A stretch of DNA of 64,000 nucleotides from Candidatus Freyarchaeum deiterrae (GCA_037305845.1 CP147778.1:3264001-3328000), one strand, 5' to 3'. Positions 1 through 10,852 are shown, counted from the first letter of the stretch. A program made the numbers and translations. Notes: generated by a model from the sequence alone, not told the origin.

Positions 1-1008
1 GCAATCAAAAATCGCCCTGAAATCGTTGAAATTATAAAGAACCCCGAATTAAATCCTATACTTTTTGACATGCTCCTAGCCCCCACCGACGGGCCGATAT
101 ATTGGGAGAGATCCTCTTGGAAACGGCTCAGAAAGATAAAAATCCCCACATTCATTGGCTCCGACTGGATGAAGGTGGGAATACACCTCAGGGGAGCCTT
201 CACCGCATACGAATCTATAAAGGCCCCCAAAAAAATGCTAATAGGACCACCGGGAATGACCAGACCCTGGAACGAGTACCACGATGTCATAGTAAGATGG
301 TACGACTACTGGCTAAAAGATATGGCGACCGGCATTATGGACGAATCTCCAATAAAAATCTTCTACATGGGAATAGATCAATGGAGAGAAGAAGACGAAT
401 GGCCCCCCGCAGTAACTCAGTGGAAGAAATACTATCTCCACGACGAGAGAACCATGGACACACACCCGCCTGGGCCGGATGAAAAACCAGAGAGCTACGT
501 ATACGAACCCTTAAACCAAATGAGAAGAGGATTGGTCTTATACAGTGCTAGATACCATACCCCCATCCTCGACAAGGAAGTGAAAATAGCTGGTCCCATA
601 GCCCTCAATCTTTACGCCTCATCTACAGACACGGATTCAGATTGGATAATCCGATTGGAGGACATAAACCCAGACGGAACCAAAAGAGTTCTAACCCGAG
701 GGTGGCTGAAAGCCTCCCACAGAGACCTAGACAGGATAAAGTCTAAACCCTGTCAACCCTTCCATCCCCATAACAAAGTAATCCCCATAAAGTCCGACAA
801 AATCTATCAGTACCAAATCGAAATATGGCCCACGGCCAACGTTTTCAAAGCCGGACACAAAATAGGCCTAGAGATAAGTAGTGATGACGGAGAAGCAGGC
901 GACTTCAGCTCAACCATTTTTACCCACCTCCTAAGCGGCAGAAAAATGACAAACACCATATTCCACAACCCCCATTACCCCTCGCACCTACTACTACCCA
1001 TAATATAA
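1..1008 (+). CDS. CocE/NonD-family (X-Pro dipeptidyl peptidase-like) hydrolase, C-terminal part; 5' end outside window
   Basis: Frame is open from base 1. Motifs 'IKIPTFIGSDW', 'WYDYWLK', 'W..EDEWPP', 'IAGPIALNLYASS..TDSDW', 'F.AGHKI.LEISS' match the PepX_C domain. Confidence 0.88.
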   Translation, partial: AIKNRPEIVEIIKNPELNPILFDMLLAPTDGPIYWERSSWKRLRKIKIPTFIGSDWMKVGIHLRGAFTAYESIKAPKKMLIGPPGMTRPWNEYHDVIVRWYDYWLKDMATGIMDESPIKIFYMGIDQWREEDEWPPAVTQWKKYYLHDERTMDTHPPGPDEKPESYVYEPLNQMRRGLVLYSARYHTPILDKEVKIAGPIALNLYASSTDTDSDWIIRLEDINPDGTKRVLTRGWLKASHRDLDRIKSKPCQPFHPHNKVIPIKSDKIYQYQIEIWPTANVFKAGHKIGLEISSDDGEAGDFSSTIFTHLLSGRKMTNTIFHNPHYPSHLLLPII

Positions 1009-1220
1009 AGCACCCAAAAACTGGTCAACGGTCAAGACTAGTCAATGCTTCTCGATTAATCCTTACTTTCTTTATTTTTCATTCTTCAGAAATGCAAGCA
1101 CCAGTATATCTGGTATAGAATATCTATCCTATAAAAAAATAGATTCCGATCCAATAATCCTTAATAATACTATTTCGTTTTTATTTTACAGGTTCACGGA
1201 ACGAGTGTGAGGACGGAACT

Positions 1221-1667
1221 ATGACTATACAACCAGAGAATAGACACGCATTTCAAGCAACCGTTGTTTGGGATAGGGAAACAGGGGGAGACATAACCAT
1301 CGAAGATTTCCCCGAAATCAAGATCGACAGCCCAACAGAGTGGGGTGGACGGAGCAGATCCTACTGCCCAGACCAGCTCTTCGTTTCCTCCGTTGCTGGA
1401 TGCCTTCTTGAAACATTCCTCTCAATAAAGAAGAAAATGAGAATAAATCTTTTACATCTTAAAGTTCCCCTTCAGATGACTATAAGGCAGGCAAGGGACG
1501 GCTGGCACATCCAGGAAATAGAGGGAAAAATTGAAGCAACTGTTGGGAAAGGTGAGAAAGAAAAGGGAGAAACATGCGCCCAACTGGCTGAAGAATACTG
1601 CCACTTAATTCGACTAATAAAAAAGGCAGCATCAACAAAAATAATCTACGATGTAACCGAAACTTAA
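1221..1667 (+). CDS. OsmC/Ohr family protein
   Basis: 'DSPTEWGG....CPDQLF.SSVAGC' and a second Cys in 'AEEYC'. Confidence 0.85.
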   Translation: MTIQPENRHAFQATVVWDRETGGDITIEDFPEIKIDSPTEWGGRSRSYCPDQLFVSSVAGCLLETFLSIKKKMRINLLHLKVPLQMTIRQARDGWHIQEIEGKIEATVGKGEKEKGETCAQLAEEYCHLIRLIKKAASTKIIYDVTET

Positions 1668-1699
1668 CCAAAACACCAACCGCACACTGACGCGTTCCT

Positions 1700-2263
1700 T
1701 TACTTTTCGGCTCTAACAATACCCTTCTCAATAGCAGTCTGCATCAGATTCTCCACAGCCGTACGAATATACTCCTCTTTTTTAGCACCCGTAATAACCA
1801 GCTTACCAGTAGTAAAAAGAAGAATCACAACCTTAGGCTCCCTCATGCGGTAAATCAAACCCGGAAACTGCTCCGGCTCATAAATCACATCTGGGAGCGC
1901 GTAAGCCGCAAGCTCCAAATTAAGCTCAGCCCCAAGGCTAGCGCTCGCCACGATATTCTGAATCTCAATCTCCGGCGTAATATTATCACCCAAAACCGCA
2001 CTCTGCTGAAGCTCCTCAACAATCTTATTCACCGCCACATAAACCTCCTTAACACTCTTCGCCCCTGTGCAAACCATCCTTCCTGAGCTGAAGATTAGTG
2101 TCGCGGTTTTTGGTTTTTCTAGTCGGTAGACTAGTCCTGGGAATTGTTCTGGGTCGTATTCTGATTTGAGGTTTGACGACGCGATTTTTACGAGTTCGAT
2201 TCTCTGGTTTATTTTTACCGATGCGACTACATTTTCAATATGTATGAACTGGATTTTCGGCAT
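1700..2263 (-). CDS. tbp: TATA-box-binding protein
   Basis: Two direct repeats 'NVVAS...YDPEQFPGLVYR...LIFSSGRMVCTG' and 'NIVAS...YEPEQFPGLIYR...LLFTTGKLVITG'. Confidence 0.98.
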   Translation of the reverse strand: MPKIQFIHIENVVASVKINQRIELVKIASSNLKSEYDPEQFPGLVYRLEKPKTATLIFSSGRMVCTGAKSVKEVYVAVNKIVEELQQSAVLGDNITPEIEIQNIVASASLGAELNLELAAYALPDVIYEPEQFPGLIYRMREPKVVILLFTTGKLVITGAKKEEYIRTAVENLMQTAIEKGIVRAEK

Positions 2264-2879
2264 AGTATGGTCTATCCCCTGTGTGCTTACTTTATTTTAA
2301 CGCCCTTTTTTTGAGATTTGATTATGTTTTTATTAATCTTGATTTTTTGCGGGTTTCGTTAGTGGAATGATTTTTGCTTATAAATGTTTTTTTGCTTATA
2401 AATAGTACGCTCCCCTTTTAAATATATATTGCTGTTGAATGAGGGGCTCAGTTTATTCTTTGCAGCATATGTGTAGGGCTGATGCGGTGCCTGCTAGTGT
2501 TACACCGATCAACTCAACAATAGTCATTACGTTTGTAACTTTCTGAACTGTACATATATTTCAGCGTAGCCACGGAAACCAATCCAGATACGGAGGCTTC
2601 TGCTCTAAACCCGCAATAGGGGGACTATCCATATTTGAAATATTGGCAATCGCAGAAGCTATATTAAGAATCTTCATTTGAGCCGCATTCATCGTCACAG
2701 TCGTAAGAAATATACGAGAGGATAAAATAGATTAGCTGAGTATTTTACCACTTTTTCGAGCTTTTCCCCAATTATTTGCTGAAAATTATCAAAAAATAAT
2801 TAATTCTAATTTAGAGTGATGCTTTTACTGTAAGAAAAACAATAAATATCTTGGGGTTGAAAATATTATATAGTGAAGG

Positions 2880-3515
2880 GTGATGAGCGAGATAACTGTT
2901 GCAATCACGGGAATATCCCTCTTTCTTTACGCTTTTAAGCTATGTGAATACTTTGAGATAGAGGCAGAAAAAGCGATAAAAAGGAGTAAAGATTTGGTGC
3001 GGTGGTACGAGGACTCAGAAACAAACTGGGAGAATAAAGATTCGGAGATTGAAGATGCAATAAAAAGCCAAAAAAAAGTAATTAAATTTTACATTTCCCC
3101 CAAGTCGCTTTCAATGCGTGGCAGAAGAACCCTCATAAATGGTAGAATACTATGGATTTATTTACCGATAGTATTACTGCTTCTTTCTTTCGGATTTGCG
3201 ATTTGGCAAACTTATTTAATGAGCAACGTTGCACTGCAACTCTTTCCATTATCAGATTTAATCTGGGAATCTAGGTTCATTTGGTTATCCAACCTAGTCT
3301 GGTTGTCATATCCACTGGGCGTGGTTCTACCTGTTATTGGAGCAGCCATAGGTATGTCAGGTCGCCCAACAACCAATTACCTTAACGTTAAGGATAAATA
3401 CAATTCTCATAAGCAAACAATCCCACAACCGCACAACCTGAAAAAGGCCGAACCAAAGCTAAAGACGAAAAATAAGAAGAAAGAGAAAAAAGAGGAAACA
3501 AAAACTATCATCTAA
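2880..3515 (+). CDS. Hypothetical membrane protein with Lys-rich C-terminal tail
   Basis: About 3 hydrophobic segments; basic tail KKAEPKLKTKNKKKEKKEE. Confidence 0.6.
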   Translation: MMSEITVAITGISLFLYAFKLCEYFEIEAEKAIKRSKDLVRWYEDSETNWENKDSEIEDAIKSQKKVIKFYISPKSLSMRGRRTLINGRILWIYLPIVLLLLSFGFAIWQTYLMSNVALQLFPLSDLIWESRFIWLSNLVWLSYPLGVVLPVIGAAIGMSGRPTTNYLNVKDKYNSHKQTIPQPHNLKKAEPKLKTKNKKKEKKEETKTII

Positions 3516-3591
3516 ACCTGCGAATAGTGTAGCCTAACTTGAAAAAGTAATTGGCCTCAAAATAAGGGGAGAGTAGCAAATTTCAGATAGG

Positions 3592-3978
3592 TTAACGCTT
3601 GATGGCTATTGCTTCAATTTCTACACTAACATCTCTTGGCAAACGGGCAGCCTCTATAGCGGCTCTAGCAGGGGGGCTTTCTTTGAAGAATTCTGCAAAC
3701 TTTTGATTCATTTCAGAGAACTTGTCCATGTCTTTGATGAAAACCGTGCACTTAACAACGTCTTTTAAGCTTGCTCCAGCCGCTTCGAGTATCGCTTGAA
3801 GATTCTTTAGTACCTGTTCAGTTTGTTGACCAATAGTGCCTTCAACCATTTTCCCAGTCTTGGGATCGAGAGGTAGTTGGCCTGAAACAAAGATTAAATT
3901 TCCAGCGATAATTCCTTGGGAGTAAGGACCAACTGGTGTTGGTGCTTTATCCGTTTTAATAACTTTCTTTTCAACCAT
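3592..3978 (-). CDS. ridA: RidA/YjgF family reactive-intermediate deaminase
   Basis: 'AP.PVGPYSQ', 'SGQLP', 'PARA..E..RLP....EIEAIA'. Confidence 0.95.
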   Translation of the reverse strand: MVEKKVIKTDKAPTPVGPYSQGIIAGNLIFVSGQLPLDPKTGKMVEGTIGQQTEQVLKNLQAILEAAGASLKDVVKCTVFIKDMDKFSEMNQKFAEFFKESPPARAAIEAARLPRDVSVEIEAIAIKR

Positions 3979-4092
3979 TTTATATCAACTCAGTAATATG
4001 CGGTTTCCAGTAAGATGCACCATATCAAAGAGTTAGACGGATTATTGACTTTAAATTATTTCAAAAATTAGTTTTAATCTTTTCTTTCATTT

Positions 4093-4602
4093 TCACTTGA
4101 GACCTTTTTTGTATTTCTGGGCTAGTTCTGCATAGGTTTTGGCACCTTGTGTTATACTTTTTGCCTCGATATCTTTTAGTTCTCTTATCTTTTTTGCTGG
4201 GATTCCCGCAACCATTACTCTGGGGTCGACTTTTGTGTTTTCTAGGACAACTGCGCCCATGGCTACTATTGTGCGTTCGCCTATTTCTGCTCCGGAAAAT
4301 ACTATGGCTCCGGTTCCTATTAGTGCACCGTTACCTATCTTGCAGCCGTGAACCACGGCAGAGTGTCCGATTAGAACCTCGTCGCCGATTATCGTTTCCG
4401 TACCTCCATGTAATGCACAGTTATCCTCAATTGCGGTTAATCTTCCAATCCTTATGGGTGCAAAATCAGCTCTTATTACGGTTCCGTACCAGACGCTACT
4501 CTTCTCTCCTATCTCCACATCTCCGATAATTGTTGCTGTGGGAGCAATAAAAGCAGTTGGATGAACCTTGGGTCGTTTGCCATCAAACTCAACTAAGGGC
4601 AT
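4093..4602 (-). CDS. Gamma carbonic anhydrase / hexapeptide-repeat family protein
   Basis: 'P.VHPTAFIAPTATIIGDVEIG', 'LH', 'IGH.AVVHGC' His ligands; start MPLVEF follows a GAGGAGG SD. Confidence 0.92.
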   Translation of the reverse strand: MPLVEFDGKRPKVHPTAFIAPTATIIGDVEIGEKSSVWYGTVIRADFAPIRIGRLTAIEDNCALHGGTETIIGDEVLIGHSAVVHGCKIGNGALIGTGAIVFSGAEIGERTIVAMGAVVLENTKVDPRVMVAGIPAKKIRELKDIEAKSITQGAKTYAELAQKYKKGLK

Positions 4603-4766
4603 AGTTCTTCCTCCTCGAAATATCAAAAACGTGTAACTTATCGTCTAGTCCGCTCCTTAATAAGGATTCACGTCTGCAAATCGAAAGACAGCGAAATGTT
4701 TCAGAATAGAGCGATGGGGAACTTTATGAAAAGGCTGTGTGCTAGGGAGTTCTAGTTTTTGGTGGT

Positions 4767-5309
4767 TTATTTCATTTTGGAGAACTGCGGGTTGTATTCT
4801 AGGATTTTTTCGACGGCCCATCTTGCGAGGTCTCCAGTTACATTGTGGCATTCGAAATTCTCTTTTTTTTCCTGCCACATTTTCATGTATTCCATTCCTG
4901 CTTTCGGGTTGGTGAATCTGTATGATTTTCCCCAGTGGTGGAACTGAACCTCTTGGCACGTTATGTGGCTATACTTCTCCTGCATCTTTTTGCCGACCTC
5001 TGCGACTACACCGTTGACATTGAACATCTTCATAATGTCCTTCGCTAGTAGTTCCTTTGTGAAGCCGAAACTGTAGCTTATCGCCATAGCAGCTCCAGCC
5101 ATGGCGCCGCAGGTTCCAATAGCCATGTTGCCGGTTCCACCCGTTAAACCTATGCTAGCCTTCCAAATCTCGTTAACCGCTGAGTCATTCTCGTAGCCCA
5201 GGGTGTCCATAACAGCGGCAAAAACAGTGGGGGCGCATGCACGCCACTTGAGCAAATAATCGTATCCACGACGGTAGGCCTCATCAAGAATCTTTTTATC
5301 TATTGCCAT
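4767..5309 (-). CDS. C-GCAxxG-C-C family putative redox protein
   Basis: 'AC', 'GTCGAMAGA', 'ITC', 'EC' Cys pattern. Confidence 0.85.
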   Translation of the reverse strand: MAIDKKILDEAYRRGYDYLLKWRACAPTVFAAVMDTLGYENDSAVNEIWKASIGLTGGTGNMAIGTCGAMAGAAMAISYSFGFTKELLAKDIMKMFNVNGVVAEVGKKMQEKYSHITCQEVQFHHWGKSYRFTNPKAGMEYMKMWQEKKENFECHNVTGDLARWAVEKILEYNPQFSKMK

Positions 5310-5572
5310 TTTATTGGTCAAAAATTAATCCTCCTATTCTCTCTCTTAATGCCCTAATCTATAGTGATTTATAAAGCTTTTTTTGGCCTTCGAAGTTTTT
5401 ATCCAACTCGGACCCATAAACTAAAAGCTGCAAAATGAAGGTGCTTAAACACCCGACGCTAATTTTTGTAATGCCAAACATTTATTATAATGGCTTGATT
5501 TAAATTTATAGTAGATACGTGATGCAAGGTAGTGGGATTCTTAAATCTATGAATTTTTGAAGGTGCTTATTT

Positions 5573-6865
5573 ATGGAGCTTATCTGCTCTGGTATGCGCG
5601 AATTGGATGTCCTGCTTGGTGGAGGCTTTATAAAAGATTCCCCTGTTTTACTTTTAACTGAAAGCGGCTCTATGGGGGAGCTTCTCTCTCTACAGATTGC
5701 CAATAACCGGATTCAAGAGGGAGACTATGGCCTCATATTTGATTTGGATTTTCCTCCGATAAGGATTAGAGAGTGGTCCAAGTCCTTCAACTGGAATTTG
5801 CAGAACTTTGAGAATGAGGAACGCCTCTTCATAGTGGACGGCTTCACAAATCTATACAGTCAGTTACCCACCGATGAAAAACATGTTGTGGAGAATCCCC
5901 GTGATCTTGTTTATCTTGACTCCTACCTTCACGATTTAACGCCCCTTTTTGAGGAGCACAAAAAAAAGCTCTTTGGTATTTTCTTCCTAAGCAATACTTT
6001 TCTAACAAAGGGGCAACAGCTTGACAAAATAATAAACCTGGTCTACAAAAACCGAATAACTTTAAGCCAGTACGGAACATCTATGTTCGTTTTTGATAAG
6101 GGTATGATGGACGAAAAAACTCTGAGCACGCTTGAACACGCGTTCGACTACGTGATAGAACTAAAAGTTGTAGAACAAGAAAATAGATTTCAAAAGTACC
6201 TTAGAGTCGTAAAATCCCCCTTAATAAGTTATATAAATGACATGGTTCCATATGAGATTGGCCCCAATGGAATCAGTCTGAGAACGGAGATCGTCAGGGA
6301 ATTTGAAAGCCTGAAACAAAACGCAAAAATGATGCAGGACGGTGTAATCGAGCTTCTAGGTATCAGAATGCTATTTTTCCCTGCCGAAGTACTACCCCAG
6401 ATTTCCAAAACGCTGTTCGACAGGTATGGCTATGAAGCAGGATACGAACTAGTTCGCTCATTGGGCAAAGAGTTTGCGCAAAAAACTTTTAGAGAGTTTG
6501 CAGATGTGTTCAAGGTAACCAGTGTAGAAGAGGCCGCTTCATTTTACGCCCAAATCTCAACACTTATGGGATTTGGAGAAGTAATAATCTCGGAGTTCAA
6601 CCTTGAAAAAGGGGTCGTGGGATTACGAATGCCAAATTCAGCGATATGTACCTATTTAAAAAATCTGGGTAAAAATACGGGAGCCTTCGCCGAGGGCGTG
6701 ATAACAGGAGTCGCAGAGCTTTTCTTGGGACCTAAGAGCAAGTGTGAAGAGGTCAAGTGCTTAGCAAAGGGCGATGAATACTGCGAATACCTCGTAACCT
6801 TCCCGCCGGAGGCGGTCTCAAATATAAGAAGTAAACCGAGAAACCACTTTCAATCATTACCTTAA
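5573..6865 (+). CDS. RAD55/KaiC-like ATPase domain (degenerate Walker A) fused to a C-terminal V4R domain
   Basis: N-terminal 'SG...LD.LLGGG' and 'LEHAFDYVIELK...KYLRVVK'; C-terminal 'GFG', 'CEEVKCLAKGDEYCEY'. Confidence 0.85.
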   Translation: MELICSGMRELDVLLGGGFIKDSPVLLLTESGSMGELLSLQIANNRIQEGDYGLIFDLDFPPIRIREWSKSFNWNLQNFENEERLFIVDGFTNLYSQLPTDEKHVVENPRDLVYLDSYLHDLTPLFEEHKKKLFGIFFLSNTFLTKGQQLDKIINLVYKNRITLSQYGTSMFVFDKGMMDEKTLSTLEHAFDYVIELKVVEQENRFQKYLRVVKSPLISYINDMVPYEIGPNGISLRTEIVREFESLKQNAKMMQDGVIELLGIRMLFFPAEVLPQISKTLFDRYGYEAGYELVRSLGKEFAQKTFREFADVFKVTSVEEAASFYAQISTLMGFGEVIISEFNLEKGVVGLRMPNSAICTYLKNLGKNTGAFAEGVITGVAELFLGPKSKCEEVKCLAKGDEYCEYLVTFPPEAVSNIRSKPRNHFQSLP

Positions 6866-6977
6866 ATAAATATAGCTGATCCAAAATCACGTTAGAATTG
6901 ATTTTTCCGAGTTTCCGCTAAACTTATATGTAGCTTTTATTCCCTGTTTCTAATCTTAAAAAGTAGAGGGAACGCAC

Positions 6978-7841
6978 TTGGATTTTATAGATGCTCATAC
7001 GCACATTGTTCCTGCTAGGTTTTTTACCGAGGATTTACTCAAAACTGTTGCAAACTTAATGCGCGTTGACCCGGAGTTCTATAGAGGTATCTCAAAAGAT
7101 CCGGGGAATCTCATAAAATACATGGATGAACAATCAATAAAAGCGATTGTGATAATGTCCTACACCGCACCTGATGTGATGGGGTTTGGAGACGAGCAGG
7201 TGGATGAGGTCGCTGAATACGTAAAGGATCACCGGGACAGGCTGCTTCAATTTGGGTCTGTGCACCCACGTTTTACAAAAAATCCTTTGCCAAGACTGGA
7301 GGAAATGTATAGTAAATACGAGATAAGGGGATTGAAGCTGCACACGGTGCATCAGCTCGTTAAACCCAATGCCTATCGCCCCGAAGAAGGAAACCTGAAA
7401 AGCTTGGAACAAATATATCAGTTCGCAAGCGACCATGAACTCCCGATGCTTATACACACGGGAACTAGTATGTTTCCCAAGGCGCGAAACAAGTACGGGG
7501 ACCCCATCTTCATAGACGAGCTGCCTCTCGACTTTCCCAAAATGAGAATAATCATGAGCCACGGAGGCAGACCGATATGGATGGAAACTGCTTTCTATCT
7601 CCTCAGAAGGCATAAACAAATTTTATTCGATATCTCAAGCATCCCCCCACCTCGCTTACTTGATTATTTCCCACGATTCGAAATGGTAGCAGACAGAGCC
7701 ATATTCGGAAGCGACTGGCCAGGACCGGGAGTGCAGAGCATCCATGAGAATATACAAGAATTCCTGAAGCTACCTCTATCTGAAGAAGTGAAAATGAAAG
7801 TAGGCTACAAGAATGCGGCAAAACTATTCAACATAAAATAA
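6978..7841 (+). CDS. Amidohydrolase 2 family protein
   Basis: 'IDAHTH', 'GLKLH', 'IHTG', 'SHGG', 'FGSDWP'. Confidence 0.92.
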   Translation: MDFIDAHTHIVPARFFTEDLLKTVANLMRVDPEFYRGISKDPGNLIKYMDEQSIKAIVIMSYTAPDVMGFGDEQVDEVAEYVKDHRDRLLQFGSVHPRFTKNPLPRLEEMYSKYEIRGLKLHTVHQLVKPNAYRPEEGNLKSLEQIYQFASDHELPMLIHTGTSMFPKARNKYGDPIFIDELPLDFPKMRIIMSHGGRPIWMETAFYLLRRHKQILFDISSIPPPRLLDYFPRFEMVADRAIFGSDWPGPGVQSIHENIQEFLKLPLSEEVKMKVGYKNAAKLFNIK

Positions 7842-7950
7842 GCTTTTAAAGGTCAAGACTTCATTTTTTTTCATTTGCATCTGTAGTTTGCGTCACAGAT
7901 TCGTCAAATGTGGATTATGCATTGAGTAGGTTTAATTGACCGCTGTTGTA

Positions 7951-8865
7951 CTAAAGGTTTATTGCCCCGCAGCATGGGCACTCCTTGTCAATCGTAAATA
8001 CACGTTTTTTACAATATGGGCAAATGGTTTCTCTTGGGACCATCGACTTCCAAATTCCGTCAAGTCTCTGCTTAGTCTCCGGTTTTACCTCATCACGTCT
8101 AAAATTGTGGGATTCAACTTTTTCTGAGGAAGTAGAAGAACCTGTTGCTTCGATTTCCACGAGTGGTAGCTTTGACCCCTGCTGGGGTGCCGTTAACGTT
8201 TCTGGGATTTCGGTTACCATTGACGCCTCTTGGGATGCTGCCCCTGTGTTTGGCGCGGTTTTCAATTTAGCTAAGGGAATTGTAATTTGCGTATACTCTG
8301 GTTCTGCCACCATGTTCGATATTGGAGTTGGTGTTGCTTTACGTTGAGCGTTAATAATTTGCCATCTTAATGAAAACATTTCTCTTATGGCTCTGTCAGA
8401 AATCAGTATCCCTGCTTCTGGTGCTCTTAAGTTTAAGGCTCTGGCTTTTCCGAGAGTTTCCCCTATTTCTTTTTTGACGTTTTCGGGCAGATCCTTGAAC
8501 TGTATTATAGTTGTTCCCAGTTGGCCGTGAGGCATAAAAATAATATAGTTTTTTGTTTTTTCGAAGGAATACTTCACAATTTTATCTAAGGCGAGTTCCA
8601 TGTAGAATGCGCGATGCTTACTCTTGGAAGCGGGAAAAACAGGTACCATAATACCTGTGTAAACTCGGCTGTTGGTGAATTCGGTTATCAGGAATACTCG
8701 GGATTCCGAGATGATGAAAGTAGCGGGGAACCCTTTCTGAAAGCCTAAAGCTTTCCTCCTGGCATATCTTTTCCCAGTCCATAAGTCTATAGGTTCACTC
8801 CAATTCACAAAAACTCTAACGTCATATTTTCCCAAAATTTTCTCTTCGGATTCCAAGCTGACCAC
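7951..8865 (-). CDS. Hypothetical protein: possible PH/GRAM-like N-domain, low-complexity linker, C-terminal zinc ribbon
   Basis: C-terminal CPYC-x10-CPCC; beta-rich N-terminus 'ATFIISESRVFL'. Confidence 0.6.
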   Translation of the reverse strand: MVSLESEEKILGKYDVRVFVNWSEPIDLWTGKRYARRKALGFQKGFPATFIISESRVFLITEFTNSRVYTGIMVPVFPASKSKHRAFYMELALDKIVKYSFEKTKNYIIFMPHGQLGTTIIQFKDLPENVKKEIGETLGKARALNLRAPEAGILISDRAIREMFSLRWQIINAQRKATPTPISNMVAEPEYTQITIPLAKLKTAPNTGAASQEASMVTEIPETLTAPQQGSKLPLVEIEATGSSTSSEKVESHNFRRDEVKPETKQRLDGIWKSMVPRETICPYCKKRVFTIDKECPCCGAINL

Positions 8866-9268
8866 CGCAATTTGAATAAACTATTCTACTATAGTATATT
8901 AATCTTTTTGGAACTCTCCCAATTGAATTTTATGATATTAATTACCCAATTTTGGGAAGTGCCTTATGAATTTTTTTTGAGTAAATTCGATACACCCCAA
9001 AAAGCAATTCATCAACATGTAAAGATAAGTAATCTTGTCTGATTGACATTTATCAAATATAATTCAGAAAACATGTGCCGAATATTCAGGTTAGAGAGCC
9101 TAAATAGATGAGCCGAAAAACGATTATTATCAAAAATTTAAAATTCAATCAAGATTTTAGCTTTCATCCAACAATCTGCTTTTGAGCTTGGATGCATCAT
9201 ACTTTCCAATAGATATTATCGTGAATAGCGAATATAATTGGTTTAATACTTCTTAAGGAGTTTATAGT

Positions 9269-9502
9269 TTACTTCTTGAGTCTCTCCGAAAATAGTATAT
9301 GACCATCAAAAGAATAATGGCAGTCAGTACAATACGGTATATAACAAACGAATCCATTCATGTCTCTGCAATAAACACTGATATTCTTGCCATTACAACT
9401 GGGACATATAAGACATGTTAACTCCTTTTTATCTTCTAACATTTTTAACCGCTGAATTTTGTGATTTTGATTTTTCACAATCTCCATTTTTAATTTATGC
9501 AT
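9269..9502 (-). CDS. Small zinc-ribbon protein
   Basis: CPSC...CTDC; ATG at 9502 downstream of GAGGT. Confidence 0.5.
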   Translation of the reverse strand: MHKLKMEIVKNQNHKIQRLKMLEDKKELTCLICPSCNGKNISVYCRDMNGFVCYIPYCTDCHYSFDGHILFSERLKK

Positions 9503-10054
9503 ATTCCCATACCAACCTCGCAAGGGAGATTAGGGACGGTTTCTATGCTATCTTTACTCTAAAAAGGTCATTCAGTCTCTCCCGACCTCTTTGATGTACT
9601 ACTCGAGTGATATATACTGTATCAGGATTGTAAGCTTGCTTATTATTCCAGTCCCTAAGTCCTGCCGAGACTAAAGATTTATGGTGAGGCTGTCCCGAAT
9701 TAGATTCTGTTTCTTATAACTTAGGCCCTAAGCTATACCCTTATCTACCAACTCCCTTGAGTTAATTTAATGTTAAAAATAAAAATATATAAATTTTTTG
9801 CTATAAATGTGTTTAAACTGACATAAAGTAGATTACAAGCATAAACAGGGCAAGAATAAAAATTCCATTGAATAAATTAAATTAAAACACATTCTAGAAC
9901 AATCAGCGATTATACCACATTTGAAATTAAATCTCAAGTAAACCCGCGAAGCAGAACATTACAATTAAAAGCCCAATGGTGAACAAAGTTCTTTGGTTGA
10001 TGACCCGAAAAGCCGAGCAAAAAGGAAGTTTACCCTAGAAGTTGCTCATTCTTC

Positions 10055-10618
10055 TTATTTAGGTTTGAAATTCTTCCCAATACTCCAAGCTGGACCAACG
10101 AGTTCCCCAATCTTCCAGTAGTTCCTGTCCAGCACGGAGAACACAATGGGGTTTATCTTCTTGATATCCGGTCGGCCGTCGGTTAAGTATCGATCCTCCG
10201 AGTAGGCTGCAACAATCTCCCCGATGAAAACCTCGTCAGCGGAAAGTTCCAGAGTCTGGACTAGTTTGCACTCCATATTAATTGGGCATTCCTTGATCAT
10301 GGGTGCAGTTTTGAGTTTCCCGTAGAAGGTTTCAAAAAGCTTGGATTTATCCACTTTGCCTCCAGAAACTAAACCGCAGTAATCTGTGATTTTAGCCATT
10401 TCCACGGAAGGAATATTGACACTGAAAGTTTTGTTTTCCTTAATTCCCGGGTTAGTATAATGAGCTTTATTCAGGGCTACCGAGATAAGAAGAGGGCTTA
10501 TATTTACCATTCCGCAAAAAGCAACAGTCAGATAATTCGGTTTACCACTCACGTTCGCCCCAATCAGAGTGGTAGGCATAGGATAAAAATATTTGGTACC
10601 AATTTCCTTTTTTTCCAT
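10055..10618 (-). CDS. Flavin reductase-like (flavoredoxin) family protein
   Basis: 'YPMP..LIGA', 'F.VNIPS', 'CGLVSG...DK', 'APMIKECPINMEC', 'FIGEIV'. Confidence 0.92.
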   Translation of the reverse strand: MEKKEIGTKYFYPMPTTLIGANVSGKPNYLTVAFCGMVNISPLLISVALNKAHYTNPGIKENKTFSVNIPSVEMAKITDYCGLVSGGKVDKSKLFETFYGKLKTAPMIKECPINMECKLVQTLELSADEVFIGEIVAAYSEDRYLTDGRPDIKKINPIVFSVLDRNYWKIGELVGPAWSIGKNFKPK

Positions 10619-10852
10619 AGTTTTCTCCTCCATGACAATACGCTGTTTTTCAATTTGTAAACAAGTCTGAGATAACGCTTTCTTATATATTGATTTCGGA
10701 AAGTGGCGAAAAACACTAAGTGAAAAAGAATACGACAGAGGAGAATCTGTTACTATTTCACATTCTTTTAAACCAAATTTTAGTCACAACTTTCAAATTA
10801 CAAAGCTCAGAGCGCACTTCGTACCCTCCAAAAATATCTCCAAGAGAGTTCG

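Noticed and set aside
2453-2692. Minus-strand frame MNAAQMK...WLR*(TGA)NICT...CCKE as a selenoprotein
   Set aside because: No recognisable selenoprotein family, redox motif or SECIS; likely non-coding or decayed sequence upstream of tbp.
9995-10030. TGATGA...GAAA as a hammerhead ribozyme core
   Set aside because: Lacks the CUGAUGA core and the required flanking stems.
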